A DNA stretch of 64,000 nt from Octopus sinensis (taxonomy: Eukaryota): contig NC_043002.1 of NCBI RefSeq assembly GCF_006345805.1, positions 55,738,001 to 55,802,000 on the forward strand, in the 5' to 3' direction. Below the pieces are notes generated by a model, which saw only the letters and a list, made by a program, of their open reading frames with translations, was not told the origin of the DNA and did not search any database. The position numbers and the translations under genes are program-made. Below, piece after piece: positions 25,501 through 38,504 of the stretch; position 1 is the first letter of the stretch; the number at the start of each line of letters is the position of its first letter.

Positions 25501-27515
25501 GACGGTAATGATGTAATGGTCATGTTGCCCAAATAGGTATAATTGTTAGTTTCCCATTGGTTAAAATTACTGCCCATATTTGAATTCTAAACATTCATCA
25601 AAGAGAAATCTTTCACAAAATACGGTTCTTAGAATTCAAGTTTGAGCAGTTATAAAAATCCTGATTTTTAGGAAATTAATCAGTGATCATTGGTTGTCAC
25701 TTGACTCCACGACGTTCACTCTCAGTAATCGTTGGATGTCACTCATTTCCACGACACTCGTTCTTTTGAGATATTGGCTATTTTTATGCCATACCTGTTA
25801 CTTAAATCCAACAAGACTTATTTGTATTGTTGTGTAAACTCTAGTAGTTTAGTATGAAAGAATTAGCTAGTATAAATTTTATGTTGTAACTTTCAACGAC
25901 AAATTTCTTTAACTTTTAAATGTACAGTAAATACTAAATGTACATAAATAAACTAATATAGTAAATACTTTCTCTTTCTTCATTTTCTTCAATCTGCTAA
26001 TGCAATTTATTTCTGCAACTATGAAACTGTTTTTATACCAGTGATAAAGAACACGAACTTATTTATCTTCAACATACAGCGTCTTGGTGTATATAATTCA
26101 TCACGGCATTTATGTAGCTTGCGTTAAGATTTATGTATAGTGATAATACTTATAATTAAGTGATAAGTGACAGGTTTATCAATATAGATTCTAACTCAAG
26201 AAATGAAATATATGTATTATCTCTTCCAAGTCGAAGCCATACAAATAAGATAAAACATCCTTATAAGTGATAAAATAAGTAAATCACCACATTATAAAAG
26301 TGATACCCTATCATCATTATACCAGCATGGAAAAAGGACATTAAATGATGATGATGAGGAAGAATTGCATAGATACATGTCTGGTGGATCTGAATCTTGG
26401 TCTTTGCTTTAAGGTGTTACTTTCCCACTATTACTGTAATAATATTAAGAAGAACAATACCAAGTAAAAACTTACCTAGAAAAGTTAATTTACTGCTCAA
26501 AAACATAGATGTACCAAGGTTTTCCAGAAGATCCAAATGGGAGAATTGTCCAGTTTCACAATATTCTGCGAGGATTCTATTAAAAGATAAAACACCTAAT
26601 TACAAAGTTATTTACATGCCTCACTGAACTCTGAACAATAAACAAAACTCCCAATGCAAACAATAAACTCCTCCAACAATATCTTTCCATCAGCCTACAG
26701 ACTCACTTGTATCTTACCCACCTCTATCACTCCACCTGTACATCCACTTCCCAGATGCCCATACACCAACCCTAATTATTGGGTTGGTGCATAATTATTG
26801 TAGCTTTTTTTCAACAAATTTTATTCAACAAAAACAATAATATTTAACAAAAACATCTTTAAATGATGGTTTGACCATCTGCCAAGCAAAGGAGAAGTAG
26901 TAACTGAAGTGGATGGTGAATATGCTCCAGAATAATCATTTAAAGATGTTTTTGTAAAATATTGTTTGTTGAATAAAATTTATTGAAAAAAGCCGCAATA
27001 ATTATGAACCGACTTAATATCATTTCACATATTTCCACATAACTCAGAGGAACAACTCAGCAGAGGTTATTTAAAGCCAAGAGGAACTCCAGTTTCATGA
27101 AGGCTAACAAGCCGAAACTTTGAAGTCCCTGTCACCCCTCCTCTTGTGGCTGTGTGGTAAGAAGCTTGCTCCCCAACCACATGGTTTCAGGTTCAGTTCT
27201 ACTGCATGGCACCTTGCATAAGTGTCTTCTACTATAGCCTCAGGCTGACCAAAGCCTTGTGAGTGGATTTCGTTGACAGAAATTGAAAGAAGTCTATCAT
27301 GTGCGTGTGTGTGTGTGTTTGTGTATCTGTTTATCCCCCCCCACCACCATTACTTGACAACCAATGTTGGTGTGTTTAGATCCTTGTAACTTAGCGGTTC
27401 AGCAAAGGGGACCAATAGAATAAGTACTAGGCTTACAAAGAGTAAGTACTGGGGTCAATTTGTTCAACTAAAGGCAGTGCTCCAGCACAGCCGCAGTAAA
27501 ATGACTGAAACAAGA

Positions 27516-27551
<36 letters not shown>

Positions 27552-28011
27552 ATATAGGTGCAGTAGTAGCTTGCTTACCAATTACATGGTTCTGGGTTCA
27601 GTCCCACTGCATGGCACCTTGAGCAAGTGTCTTCTACTATAGTCTTTAGGCCGACCAAAACCTTGTGAGTGGGTTTGGTAGACGGAAACTGAAAGAAGTC
27701 CATCATATATATGTGTGTGTGTGTGTGTGTGTATGCATGTGTATGTGTGTATGTATGTATATGTGTATGTATGTGTGTGTGTATGTATGTGTGTGTGTAT
27801 GTATGTATATGTTTGTGTGTCTGTATTCGTACCCCATTATCGCTTGACAACTGATGTTTGCGTATTTATGTCCCCGTAACTTAACAGTTCGGCAAAAGAG
27901 ACTGATAGGATAAGTACTAGGCTTAAAAAGAATAAGTACTAGGGTCAATTTATTTGACTAAATGTAGTGCTCCAGTATGGCTGCAGTCAAATGACTGAAA
28001 CAAATAAAAGA

Positions 28012-28051
<40 letters not shown>

Positions 28052-31000
28052 GAATATCGAACAGTGAGAATGAGTGCTCAACACCATATTGGTGGATAAA
28101 TATACTTCATTTGCTGGTTGACAAAGCTCTGATTGTGACCATCTCTTCACATGAAACCATTGGTAGCCTTGTTAACCTACATATAAAGTATGTACATATA
28201 CATATATGTATACACATACATACACACATACAGATAGATAGATAGAAAGCTAGTTATATGTGTGTGTTCGTGTATGTGTACGCTTTTGCATAAGTGAAAT
28301 TTTCAAGCGCTTACCTTTCTGAGAGTAAAGCAGCGTATGAGCTATCCTGTAAAAGAAACATAAACATCTTAAACCAACATAACACCACTATCACTACTAC
28401 CACCCATACTCATCCATCCATACATACACACACACACACACACACATATATACTACAATTTCAAACAACATACCATATATAATTAATTTTAAATCATAAT
28501 AGATTAAATCACTCCAGTGAGTAATATACTGGCTTCAATCTTTGACCCAAACATAAAAGGAATTCCAACCCTAAAGATTTGGTAAGTGCCATTTGATTCT
28601 TCATGCACCAATTTGAGTAAAAAAAAATTGCTGGGTACATGCTGTATATGTACTGTATTTGCCCGAAAATAAGACCTAGCATGATTTTTCAGGATGATTT
28701 TAATATAAGCCGTTCCCTTAAAATAAACCCTATTTGAAAGAAATAAGCAGCCTCTTCATAGTGGTTCAAACTGCTTTGTTGCAATGTATACGCTGTTCAA
28801 ATACCTTTTCGGCAGCTAAAAATATCATTACAAAATCTATCCTGGTGTCTCTTTCGTTACTCAAATATTAACAAGTAGTACATCAATCGACAGCCCATGT
28901 GCAGAACTTTCAAATGCATCATGTAAGAGTTTCATCAGCGGTCAATACTGGTCAGTAGATGCAAAAATCAATAAAGTACACATTTTCTTTCAGGGCAAAA
29001 ATCTCCCAGAAAACAACATGATGAAATTGAGTGGGAAATCGTTTGTCAGGTAATTTTCACTCCAAGACAAGATGAATGCATGAAGAAAGAGTTATCCAAT
29101 TGAGTACAAGAAAGGAATCATGGAGGAATCACTGGGCAAGAATCTTACTGCTTTCTGCAAAGAATTTGAATCCCTGAATGATCCAAAAATGGCATGTAGA
29201 CTACATTAAACTCAGTCAACAAGTTGACGAGGGAAATGCAAAGAAACGCAAGGTTGGTGACCACTATTTTCTGAGCTAGACGAAGTCATTAGTGAATGGG
29301 TTGCTGACAAGAGAGCAAAGGCTTTGGTTGTTTGCACCACAGCTTGGTATATTTCCAGAAGAATTCAAAACATCACAACACTGGCTAGATGGTTTCCTTC
29401 AGCAACGAACATTCTCTGAGAAGGCCGACAACACTGTTCAAACTGGAAGACAATGAGATTATTAAACGTGCAGTTGCATTTAAGTCCTTTGTTGATGGGA
29501 CAGACTTTTCTAAATACCATCTCTCTCCAACATAATTGCTATAGATGAAACTGCAGTGTTCGTGGGCCAAGGATTTCAATCGACAATTGATCAAAGAGGT
29601 GTGTCGTCAATCTACATTCCATCTACTGGTTATGAAAGTGTACAAGTTACTTGTATTTTGATAATTTGTCTCGATGGAAGTAAAGCCTCACCTCTATTCA
29701 TCACTAAAGGTAGGAAGGATAAAATTGAATGCATTTCAGGTACCTGTATTCTGGAAATTGAAAAGGCATGGTGCACACAGGCAGTTTTAAGAAAGTGAAT
29801 TAATTCTATGCTGCTATATATTTTGTGAGGCCAAAGAGGTTTGATAGTCTGGGATTCAACCAGCATACACCATGCAAAAGACATGAAGAACATCCTTGCA
29901 GAAAGAAGAATAGATCAGATCATGATTCTCACAGGAATCAGCCTGTCTCCAGGCTCCTGACAATAAATAAACCATTCAAGGACCATTTGCACATGGAAAT
30001 CAATGACTACATTGAAAACAGAATGGTGAGAAACCAGCATGGAAATTTTGTGAAAGCCAGACTGCAAGAGATCATGATCTGGGTGATAAATTCATGGAAC
30101 AAAATCAGACAGCTGTGTTGCCAATGCACTATGATGAGCAGTCTGCACGGACAAGAACTTCTCATTCCAAGAGACCTCTATTGCTCGACAAGAGATTGGA
30201 GATGAAAGTTCTGAAGGAAATGGAGTTACACAAAAACTCCACAGGAATTTTGGAATCAGCTGATTTGCAGAACAATGACATTCCAGAGGATGATGACATA
30301 ACTAATTTTGAATAAAGTGTTAATGGGTTTCTGAGTAAAAGAACATGTAAATCGTCAAGTAAATCTAGATTGTTTTTTTGTAATTTCTGTTTATTTAGTA
30401 ATTTCATAATTTTCTATTTCGTAATGTCCTTTTTCAGTATATGCAAAAGATATGAACTCTCCTGGAAATGAGCCCTAGTGTGTCATTTCGTAATGAAAGT
30501 TAGTATAAACCCTGTCTTATTTTCAGAGAAACACAGTATATATGCATTTCTATAGGTGTATTTGGTATGAGTGTGTATATCATCATCACCATTTAACATG
30601 TCTTCCAATGCTGGCATAGATTGGACGGTCAGACAGGATCAGGTAAGCTAGAGAAGACAGCACCATGGTCCACTGTTTACTTGGGCATGATTTTTACAGC
30701 TGGATGACACATGAGTGCATACCATATATTTATGTATACATTTTCCCATTTTACACCCAATAGACAGATGAAAAACTTAATACATTGAAGGTGTTGTCAT
30801 AAATGATCAGTTTTCTTAATGATATACATAACAGTTTCTGATTTAGGTATAAGGCCAGGAATTTTTAAGAAAAGGGGAATGTTACACTAATTCCAGGGGA
30901 TAGCTAATACCATAATTCTTGAATGGTATGTAGAGCTAAGATATTTATCTCTTAACATGATGATTCATTAGTTTGCAGTGTTAAATTCCTGTCTTCCTGC

Positions 31001-31986
31001 AAATCCAGGTGAAATCAGCAGAAGAGATAGCAATGCAATGTTCTTCCCTTAAATTGTCACATGAAAACAGGATCCCCACTGCCCTTGGTAAACTACTATA
31101 AATGGCACTTCAGACATTGTCTAGGCCACAGACTTTATTAAACTACTAAAACAGGTCTGAAATAGAAGCTGACACCAGACAAAGTAAAATCTCACCTTTG
31201 ATTTGAGGAACCAACTGAGGGCTTGTCCAACTCGCTTTGTCTTGAGGCATTTTTTACCCATTACTTTGCAAATAGATTTAGCTACCAAAAAGAGAGAAAA
31301 ACAAGGAGAAGACATTAGTTAAAATGATAATGGTCGTAGCTGGGCAGTCAAGAAGTTTGTGCAATTTCAAGTTCAGTCACACTTCACAAGTGTTTTCTAT
31401 GGGCAAGTGTTTCCTATGATAGCCATGGGTGTAGATTTGGGAGACAAAAACTGAAAGAAGGCCATTGTATATCCTCATCATCATCATTGTTTAATGTCCA
31501 TTTTCCATGCTGGCACAGATTGGACAGTTTGACAGAGGATTGGAAAACCAGGAGGCTGCACCAGGCTCCAATCTGATCTGGCAAGGTTTCTACAGCTGGA
31601 TGTCCTTCCTAATGCCAACCACTTCAAGAATGTAGTGGGTGTTTTTACATGCCACCAGCACAGGTGCCAGTCAGGTGGCACTGGCATTGGTGATGCTCAA
31701 ATGGTGCTTTTTACGTGCTACTAGCACAGGTGCCAGTCAGGTAGCACTGGCATCAGCCATGCTGGAATAGTGCCTTGACCATCATTTAACATCCATTTTC
31801 CATGCTGGCATGGATTGAACAGTTTGACAGGAACTGGCAAGCTGGAGAACTGCACCAGGTTTCAATTGTCTGTTTTGGCATGGTTTCTAAGGTTGGATGC
31901 TCTTCCTAACACTAACCACTTTATCAAGTGGACGGGGTGCTTTTTACATGGCACCAGTACCAGATCTTTTTATGCAGCACCAGCAC

Positions 31987-32041
<55 letters not shown>

Positions 32042-34864
32042 GGTATAAATGATGATGATGTGAAACATGAATGGGTTGGTGACAGGATCATTTTCTATGG
32101 TGACCATAAAAAATCTGCCTCAATAAACTGTCCAAAATTCATTGAAAGAAAGGCATGTGTATTTCAACAAAAATATGGTAACAAAATGGCCAAAAATATA
32201 AAAGAAAAACCCACCATGTTCCTGTAAGCCTCTCGTTTCACAAATATTCAACAATTTCAAGACTTTCTTCTCAGTATCGAGTGGGATACGTTCTAAGTAA
32301 AGCTCCAAGTATTCTCTGCAGAAAGATATCAATAGATAAAAGATAAAACAGATATTCTTCAAACGATCCTTAAAAATATGAAACAGAAAATTCAAGTGAA
32401 AAGGGTTTAGAAATACATGTTTCACAGACTTATATCAGAAAGAGTTTATGACAAGATAGAGGAAATCAGTAACAGACAAGATAGAGGAGATCAATAACAT
32501 ATTAGGCAAATGCAAAGGCAGTGAGCTGGCAGAATAATTAGCATGCTGGGCAAAATGCTTAGCAGTATTTCGTCTGTCTCTACGTTCTGAGTTCAAATTC
32601 TGCTGAGGTTGACTTTGTTTTTTGTCCTTTTGAGAGTCGATAAATTTAAGTACCAGTTGCGTACTGGGGTCGATCTAATCGACTGGCCCCTTCTCCAAAT
32701 ATTTTAGGCCTTGTGCCTAGAGTAGAAAAGGACAGTTGATGCTAATGCAAGAAAATTAACTTTTGTCTGTGTTAAGAGAGTTAAAGGTCACTTTTTGTAG
32801 GATCTTTTCACTTTGACCGGCAGATTTTAAAATAATTTCTTTGTAACTAAACACTTTTAAACTTTGTATACTGGTAGAATGTGTCACATAAAACATCTTT
32901 TTCTCTTGGTGTTCTTGAGAAAATTCTGTAGTTTGTAAGCTATTTGTTGTTAAATTTCTTGCATTTCGGCAATTTCAACCAATCAATGACGTCTATTGAG
33001 GTGAATACAATTTCTGCTGTCGTTTGGCAACAAGTTCAACAACAACTTCCGATGGTGTCAATAATAGATCGATACTAGGGTCATAATTATGGGTGGACAC
33101 TAAATGAGGGAACGGTTTTGTTATCCAGCTCTGTTTACGAGTGACCCTTCAGTTTATGGCCACAAAATGTTTATATTTGCAGCTTATTTACATTTCTGAA
33201 GAAAAAAGATACCCTTCCCCCACCCCTAACCCTAACCCCACATATATAAAAAAATAAAAATTTTAGAGAAAGTGACGATCTTCTTCAAATGTAAACAAAT
33301 ACAAGACACAGCCGGAAGTTGTTGTTGAACTTGTTGCCAAACATCATCATCATCATTATCATCATTTAGCGTCCGTTTTCCATGCTAGCATGGGTTGGAC
33401 GGTTCAACTGGGGTCTGTGAAGCCGGAAGGCTGCATCAGGCCCAGTCAGATCTGGCAGTGTTTCTACGGCTGGATGCCCTTCCTAACGCCAACCACTCTG
33501 ATGTGTATTCACCTCAATAGAGTCGTTGATTGGTTAAAATTGCCGAAATGCAAGAAATTTAACAACAAATAGCTTACAAACTACAGAATTTTCTCAAGAA
33601 CGCCAAGAGAAAAAAATATTTTATGTGACACATTCTACCAGTATACAAAGTTTAAAAGCGTTTAGTTACAAAGAAATTATTTTTAAAATCTGCCGGTCAA
33701 AGTGAAAAGATCCTTTTTGTATATGATGGGTGAAGGCTTGTGGCACAGTGGTTAAGGTATTGCTCTTGGGATTGCAAGATCATAGCTTTCTGATTCCCTA
33801 AACACTTCGTTTCACATGGCTTCACTGAGCTATATCTGCGTAGCCCTGCAACAGACTGGTATCCTTTCTGGAGGAATGTTGTGGTTTTGGTCACTTAAAC
33901 TCCATGGAAACTAAGCAACCAGCCCTATAAGCCTTGGGACAGTAATGTCCAGAGGACTGACTTCTAGTCTAAAATATTTGGTCAGAATATGCTATGATGG
34001 TGTGTTAAATATGTGATTCTTTTGATGGAATATTTCCATGTATTTCATAGTTTCATAAAGCTGATGCTAATATTCAGTGGAAACACAGCTGAACCCTTTA
34101 GCATTTAAACCAGCCAAATGTGGTTCAAATATTCTACTTGTTTTCTGTTCAAAATGGCCAGATCTAGCCTTTCACACTTACCCTACAATCTAACTCTAAA
34201 AAATAAATAGTTACCTCATGGAAATCTAAAAGCTGTAAGATAATCCATGATAAATTCAAAACAATGTAAATAAATAAGCAAAATATTTGACAGAGTAACC
34301 TGAATGCTAATGAGTTGAACTTGAAAAGTCTTACCTGCCTAACTCAGGACAGAAGTCAAAATAGTGAATACCAATAGGCCATAAACTGCAACAACAAGAA
34401 TATGGAGCAAAAGATTATTAAGAAACATTCACAATATCTTCAAGGGTAACATATAAATAAAATATTATGAAGACTGTCTTTTAGAGTTTTTTCAAGAATG
34501 AGCCTGAATTGCCAACAAATTTTTAAGAACCATTTCATGACAAGAATTCTATCAATTTTTCTTAACTTCAAATGTAAGTAACAAGAAATGGATCTAAGTT
34601 GGAGTATTTTAAAAAGAATCGTAAAACTCTCTCTCTCTCTCTCTCCAATGGAATGACACCAATAAAGACACCATTTTAATATCCACTTTTCCATGTTTGC
34701 ATGGAATTTGTTGAGGCAGGTTTTCTACAACTGGATGCCCTTCCTGTTGCCAACCTTCACCTGCTTCCAAGCAAGGTAAGATTTCTTGTGAAAGATTGAA
34801 AATGAACATTTGTTTACAAGCATTACATAATATCTAGACAAACACACACTCACAAATACACATA

Positions 34865-34901
<37 letters not shown>

Positions 34902-37900
34902 GAGTAGTTCTTACCTTTTGTGAGACATCAAACTGGAAGCATAATCCAGGAGTAAATATTCTCTCATACTCAAACCTTGCCTTTAAAATAAACAGAAAAA
35001 GGGGAAAGTTTTTATAATTCATTATGTAAACAACACATTGACCTAAAAACTAAGAAATTAGAACAAAAAAGTACATTTGTGTGTATATGTTTGCCAGTGA
35101 GCAGAAAGGAGAAAAAGACTGCCCCTACCCTACCTTCCAAAATGCACGGTGACCTCACAAGTGCTGGTGGCACAAAAAGGGCACCCAGTGCACTCTGTAG
35201 AGGGGTTGGCATTAAAAAGGACATCCAACCATAGAAAGCATGCCTAAGCAGACTTTGAGTCCACTGGATCTGACCAAACTGTTCAACCCATATCTGCAGG
35301 GTAAAAAGGACATTAAATAATGATGATGGTTTCATGTTCACTTTTCCATACTTGCATAGGTTGGAAAGAATTTGCTGAGGCACATTTTCTACAGCTGGAT
35401 GCTCTTCTTGTCACCAACCCTCACCTGTTTTCAAGCAAAGTAATATTTCCCCCACTGGCCAGACATGTTTTCTGGATGGCAATGATGCTCATTGACAACC
35501 ATCACATGATGTCAAGACAACAGCACACACACATGCACGATGGGCCTCTTTCAGTTGCCATCATCTGAATCCACTTATAATGCTCTGGTTGGCCCAGGGT
35601 TACAATAAAAGACACTAGCCAAAGGTGCCACACAGTGGACCTGAACCCAGAACAAGATGGCTGCAAAGCTAGCTTCTTAAGCTGTGTGTGTGTGTGCATA
35701 TGTGTGCATGCCTGTGTGACAAGCTTCTTTTAGTTTCCATCTGCTAAACCCAGTCGTAATGCTTTGGTCAACCTGAGGCTATAATAGAAGACATTTGCCC
35801 AAGGTGTCACACAGGGGGACTGAACCTGGAACCAGGTGGTTGGGAAGCAAACTTCTTCACCACACAACCACATATGGCTTATCGAATTATTCCCACATTT
35901 CATGACAAATCCATGTTTTAGACTTTTGCCAAGGTTTGTTTCATTAGTATCTACGTCAATGGCTCTCAATCCTTTTCAATATCTGGGCTGAAGACCCGAA
36001 ACCTGGATCTTTCATTCTTTGGGAGCCACACCCAAAAAGGTCAATTAAAGGAAAACTTATATTTATAGAGGGAAGACTATCAAGGGTTGCTGGAAGGACG
36101 TTTGAGGGCCACCTGGGGTCCTGGGAGCCACTGTTGAGAACCACTGATCTAACAAGATGAAGAGTGAAGTCATTAACAATATTAAAACAACAAAGAGATT
36201 TCTCCACCACATTCACACACAAACAGGTACACCCCTCACACATGCATTCATCAACACCACCACAATCAGAGATGCTACATGGTCATTCATTCAACTAGAA
36301 ACAGCAGCCAAATCTCTCAAAGCATAAAACTTCTATCTTCAGTAAATAACAGATTACACAATGGTTTACAAAGAGGATGTGTAGTCGTGGCTGGAATGCC
36401 TGTGATCATAAGGCAGAAACAGCAGTCAAATTTCCTTTGAATCACATGAACCATCTTAAAAAAAACAGAAACAACTCATGATCCGCATAATACAATGAGT
36501 GGAAATAAGATGAGATGGTCACGGTTAGAAAGCTTTTGACCAAATTTCTGCTGAATGAAAAATGTCTTAGGGCTAAACATCACATACAGGGATATGAGTA
36601 CACACACTTACATTTTTACACACACACACAGCAGCAGCAACTACTACTACTACTACTACTGGAACTCCATCAGTTACAACAGGGGTTCCATTTGAACAGC
36701 CTGCTCGTGAAAATAATGTGCAAGTGTTGAGTACTCCACAGATACATGTACCCTTAATGTAATTCTCCAGGAGATTCAGCATGGCACAGAGTGTGACAAG
36801 GATGGTCCCTATTGAATTACAGGTACAACTCATTTTTGCCAGCTGAGTGGAATGGAGCAACATGAAATAAAGTGTCTTGCTCAAGGACACAAGGCGTTGC
36901 TGGGAATTGAACTCACAGCCTTACGATCATGAGCCAAAAACTCTAACCACTAAGCCATGTGTCTTTACTTACACACACACAGTCGGTATACATCACACCT
37001 CTCCAAGAGCTTGTCATCATATCATTATTATTTTTATGTTGATTTCATTAATGAGGCATGAGACAAAAACACATCCAAGAGAAGAAATTCAAGAGAAATT
37101 TGGTTGAACTAACGGTAATTTCTGTGGTGCTAGGAAACCACTGTGAGTCAGAAGATCAGCAAGATGCGCTGTGAACCACCAATTGTCAAGGTAAGTGCTG
37201 TAAAGATATTAGAAAGGAAACATGAAAATTAGGAAGGTTTCTTAAAGAAATATTTTAAACTTTCATCAACACCATCATCATCATCATCATCCAACATGTT
37301 TTCCATGCTGGCATGGGTTGGACAGTTTGACAGGAGCTGGTAAGGCCAGGAGCCACACCTGGCTCCAACTGCCAGTTTTGGCATGGTTTCTACAACCAGA
37401 TGCCCTTCCTAAGGCCAACCACTTTACAGAGTGTACTGGGTACTTTCTATGTGGTATCAGTATTGGTGCTTTTTTACATGGCACCAGCACCAAATGCTTT
37501 CTCTAAATAAATTAAACAAAGAATATAGAAGTAAAGATTAAATTTACAATTGTATTAAAAGATTCAAATTAAATTTCACAGGACACTGAACCAGACAACA
37601 CTAATACCCGCATTGCTTTAACCCTTAACTTTTCCATGCTTGGACAGAGTTTATTGAAGCAGATTTTTCTATGGCCAGACAGCCTTCCTGTCACCACCCC
37701 TGGCCTTTTTCTAAGCAAAGGGAATAATCTATGGCCAGACATGTTTTTGCAGAATATTGGAAATGAATCACACAGCTTGTATGATAGGGAGTCATTTAAA
37801 AATGTCGCATAATGTCAAGACAGAGAGATGCAAACGTACATACACATAAATATGCACACACATATATATATACGACAGACTTATTTCAGTTTTTGTCTCC

Positions 37901-38473
37901 CAAATCCACTCAACGATTTGGCTGGCCCAGGGCTAAAAACACTTTACCAAGGTGCTACACAGCAGGACTGAACACAGAACCATGTGACTGGGAAGCAAGC
38001 GTCATACCACACAACCATACCTGTGCCTTTTTGTAGTATAAATTAGTTTGAATTATATTTTATTTATAACCCAGGTAATTAATTATAACCAGGTGAGACA
38101 AAAGCTGATCAATGTCTTGTGCATGGATTCAGTAAATGAAAACTCGTGTTTGTGGGTGTGCATGTGTGTGTTTCTTTGTGTGACATTGTGTGATAGTTGT
38201 AAATGAGTGTCACTGCTATACAAGCAGCATCTTTCATTCCCAATATTCTGCAGAAGAACATGTATGGCTATGGGGAAATATTATCTTTGCTTAGAAACAG
38301 ATGGGGGTTAGCAACAAAAAGGGCACCCAGCCATAGAAAATCTGCTTTTATAATCTCCATCTGATCCATGCAAGAATGAGCTGGGGACATTATGATGATG
38401 ATGCTGATGATGTTTGCGGCATTAAAATAACACAAAGTGATTGAAGAAAATTGAACATACCATTAAAAAAGAA

Positions 38474-38504
<31 letters not shown>

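Noticed and set aside
27083-27130. Third hammerhead-like string (TTTCATGA A GGCT AACA AGCC GAAAC TTT GAAG)
   Set aside because: Stem II and GAAAC are present, but the core is off-consensus, spacing to stem I is wrong and there is no second copy in the window.
28994-29049. Exon-like segment (tttcag..gtaatt) on + inside the pogo element
   Set aside because: 56 nt, antisense to NUP85, no recognisable peptide; at most part of a transposon leader.
33224-33238. Telomere-like CCCTAA run
   Set aside because: Only about 2.5 units and inside a transposon core; not an interstitial telomere.
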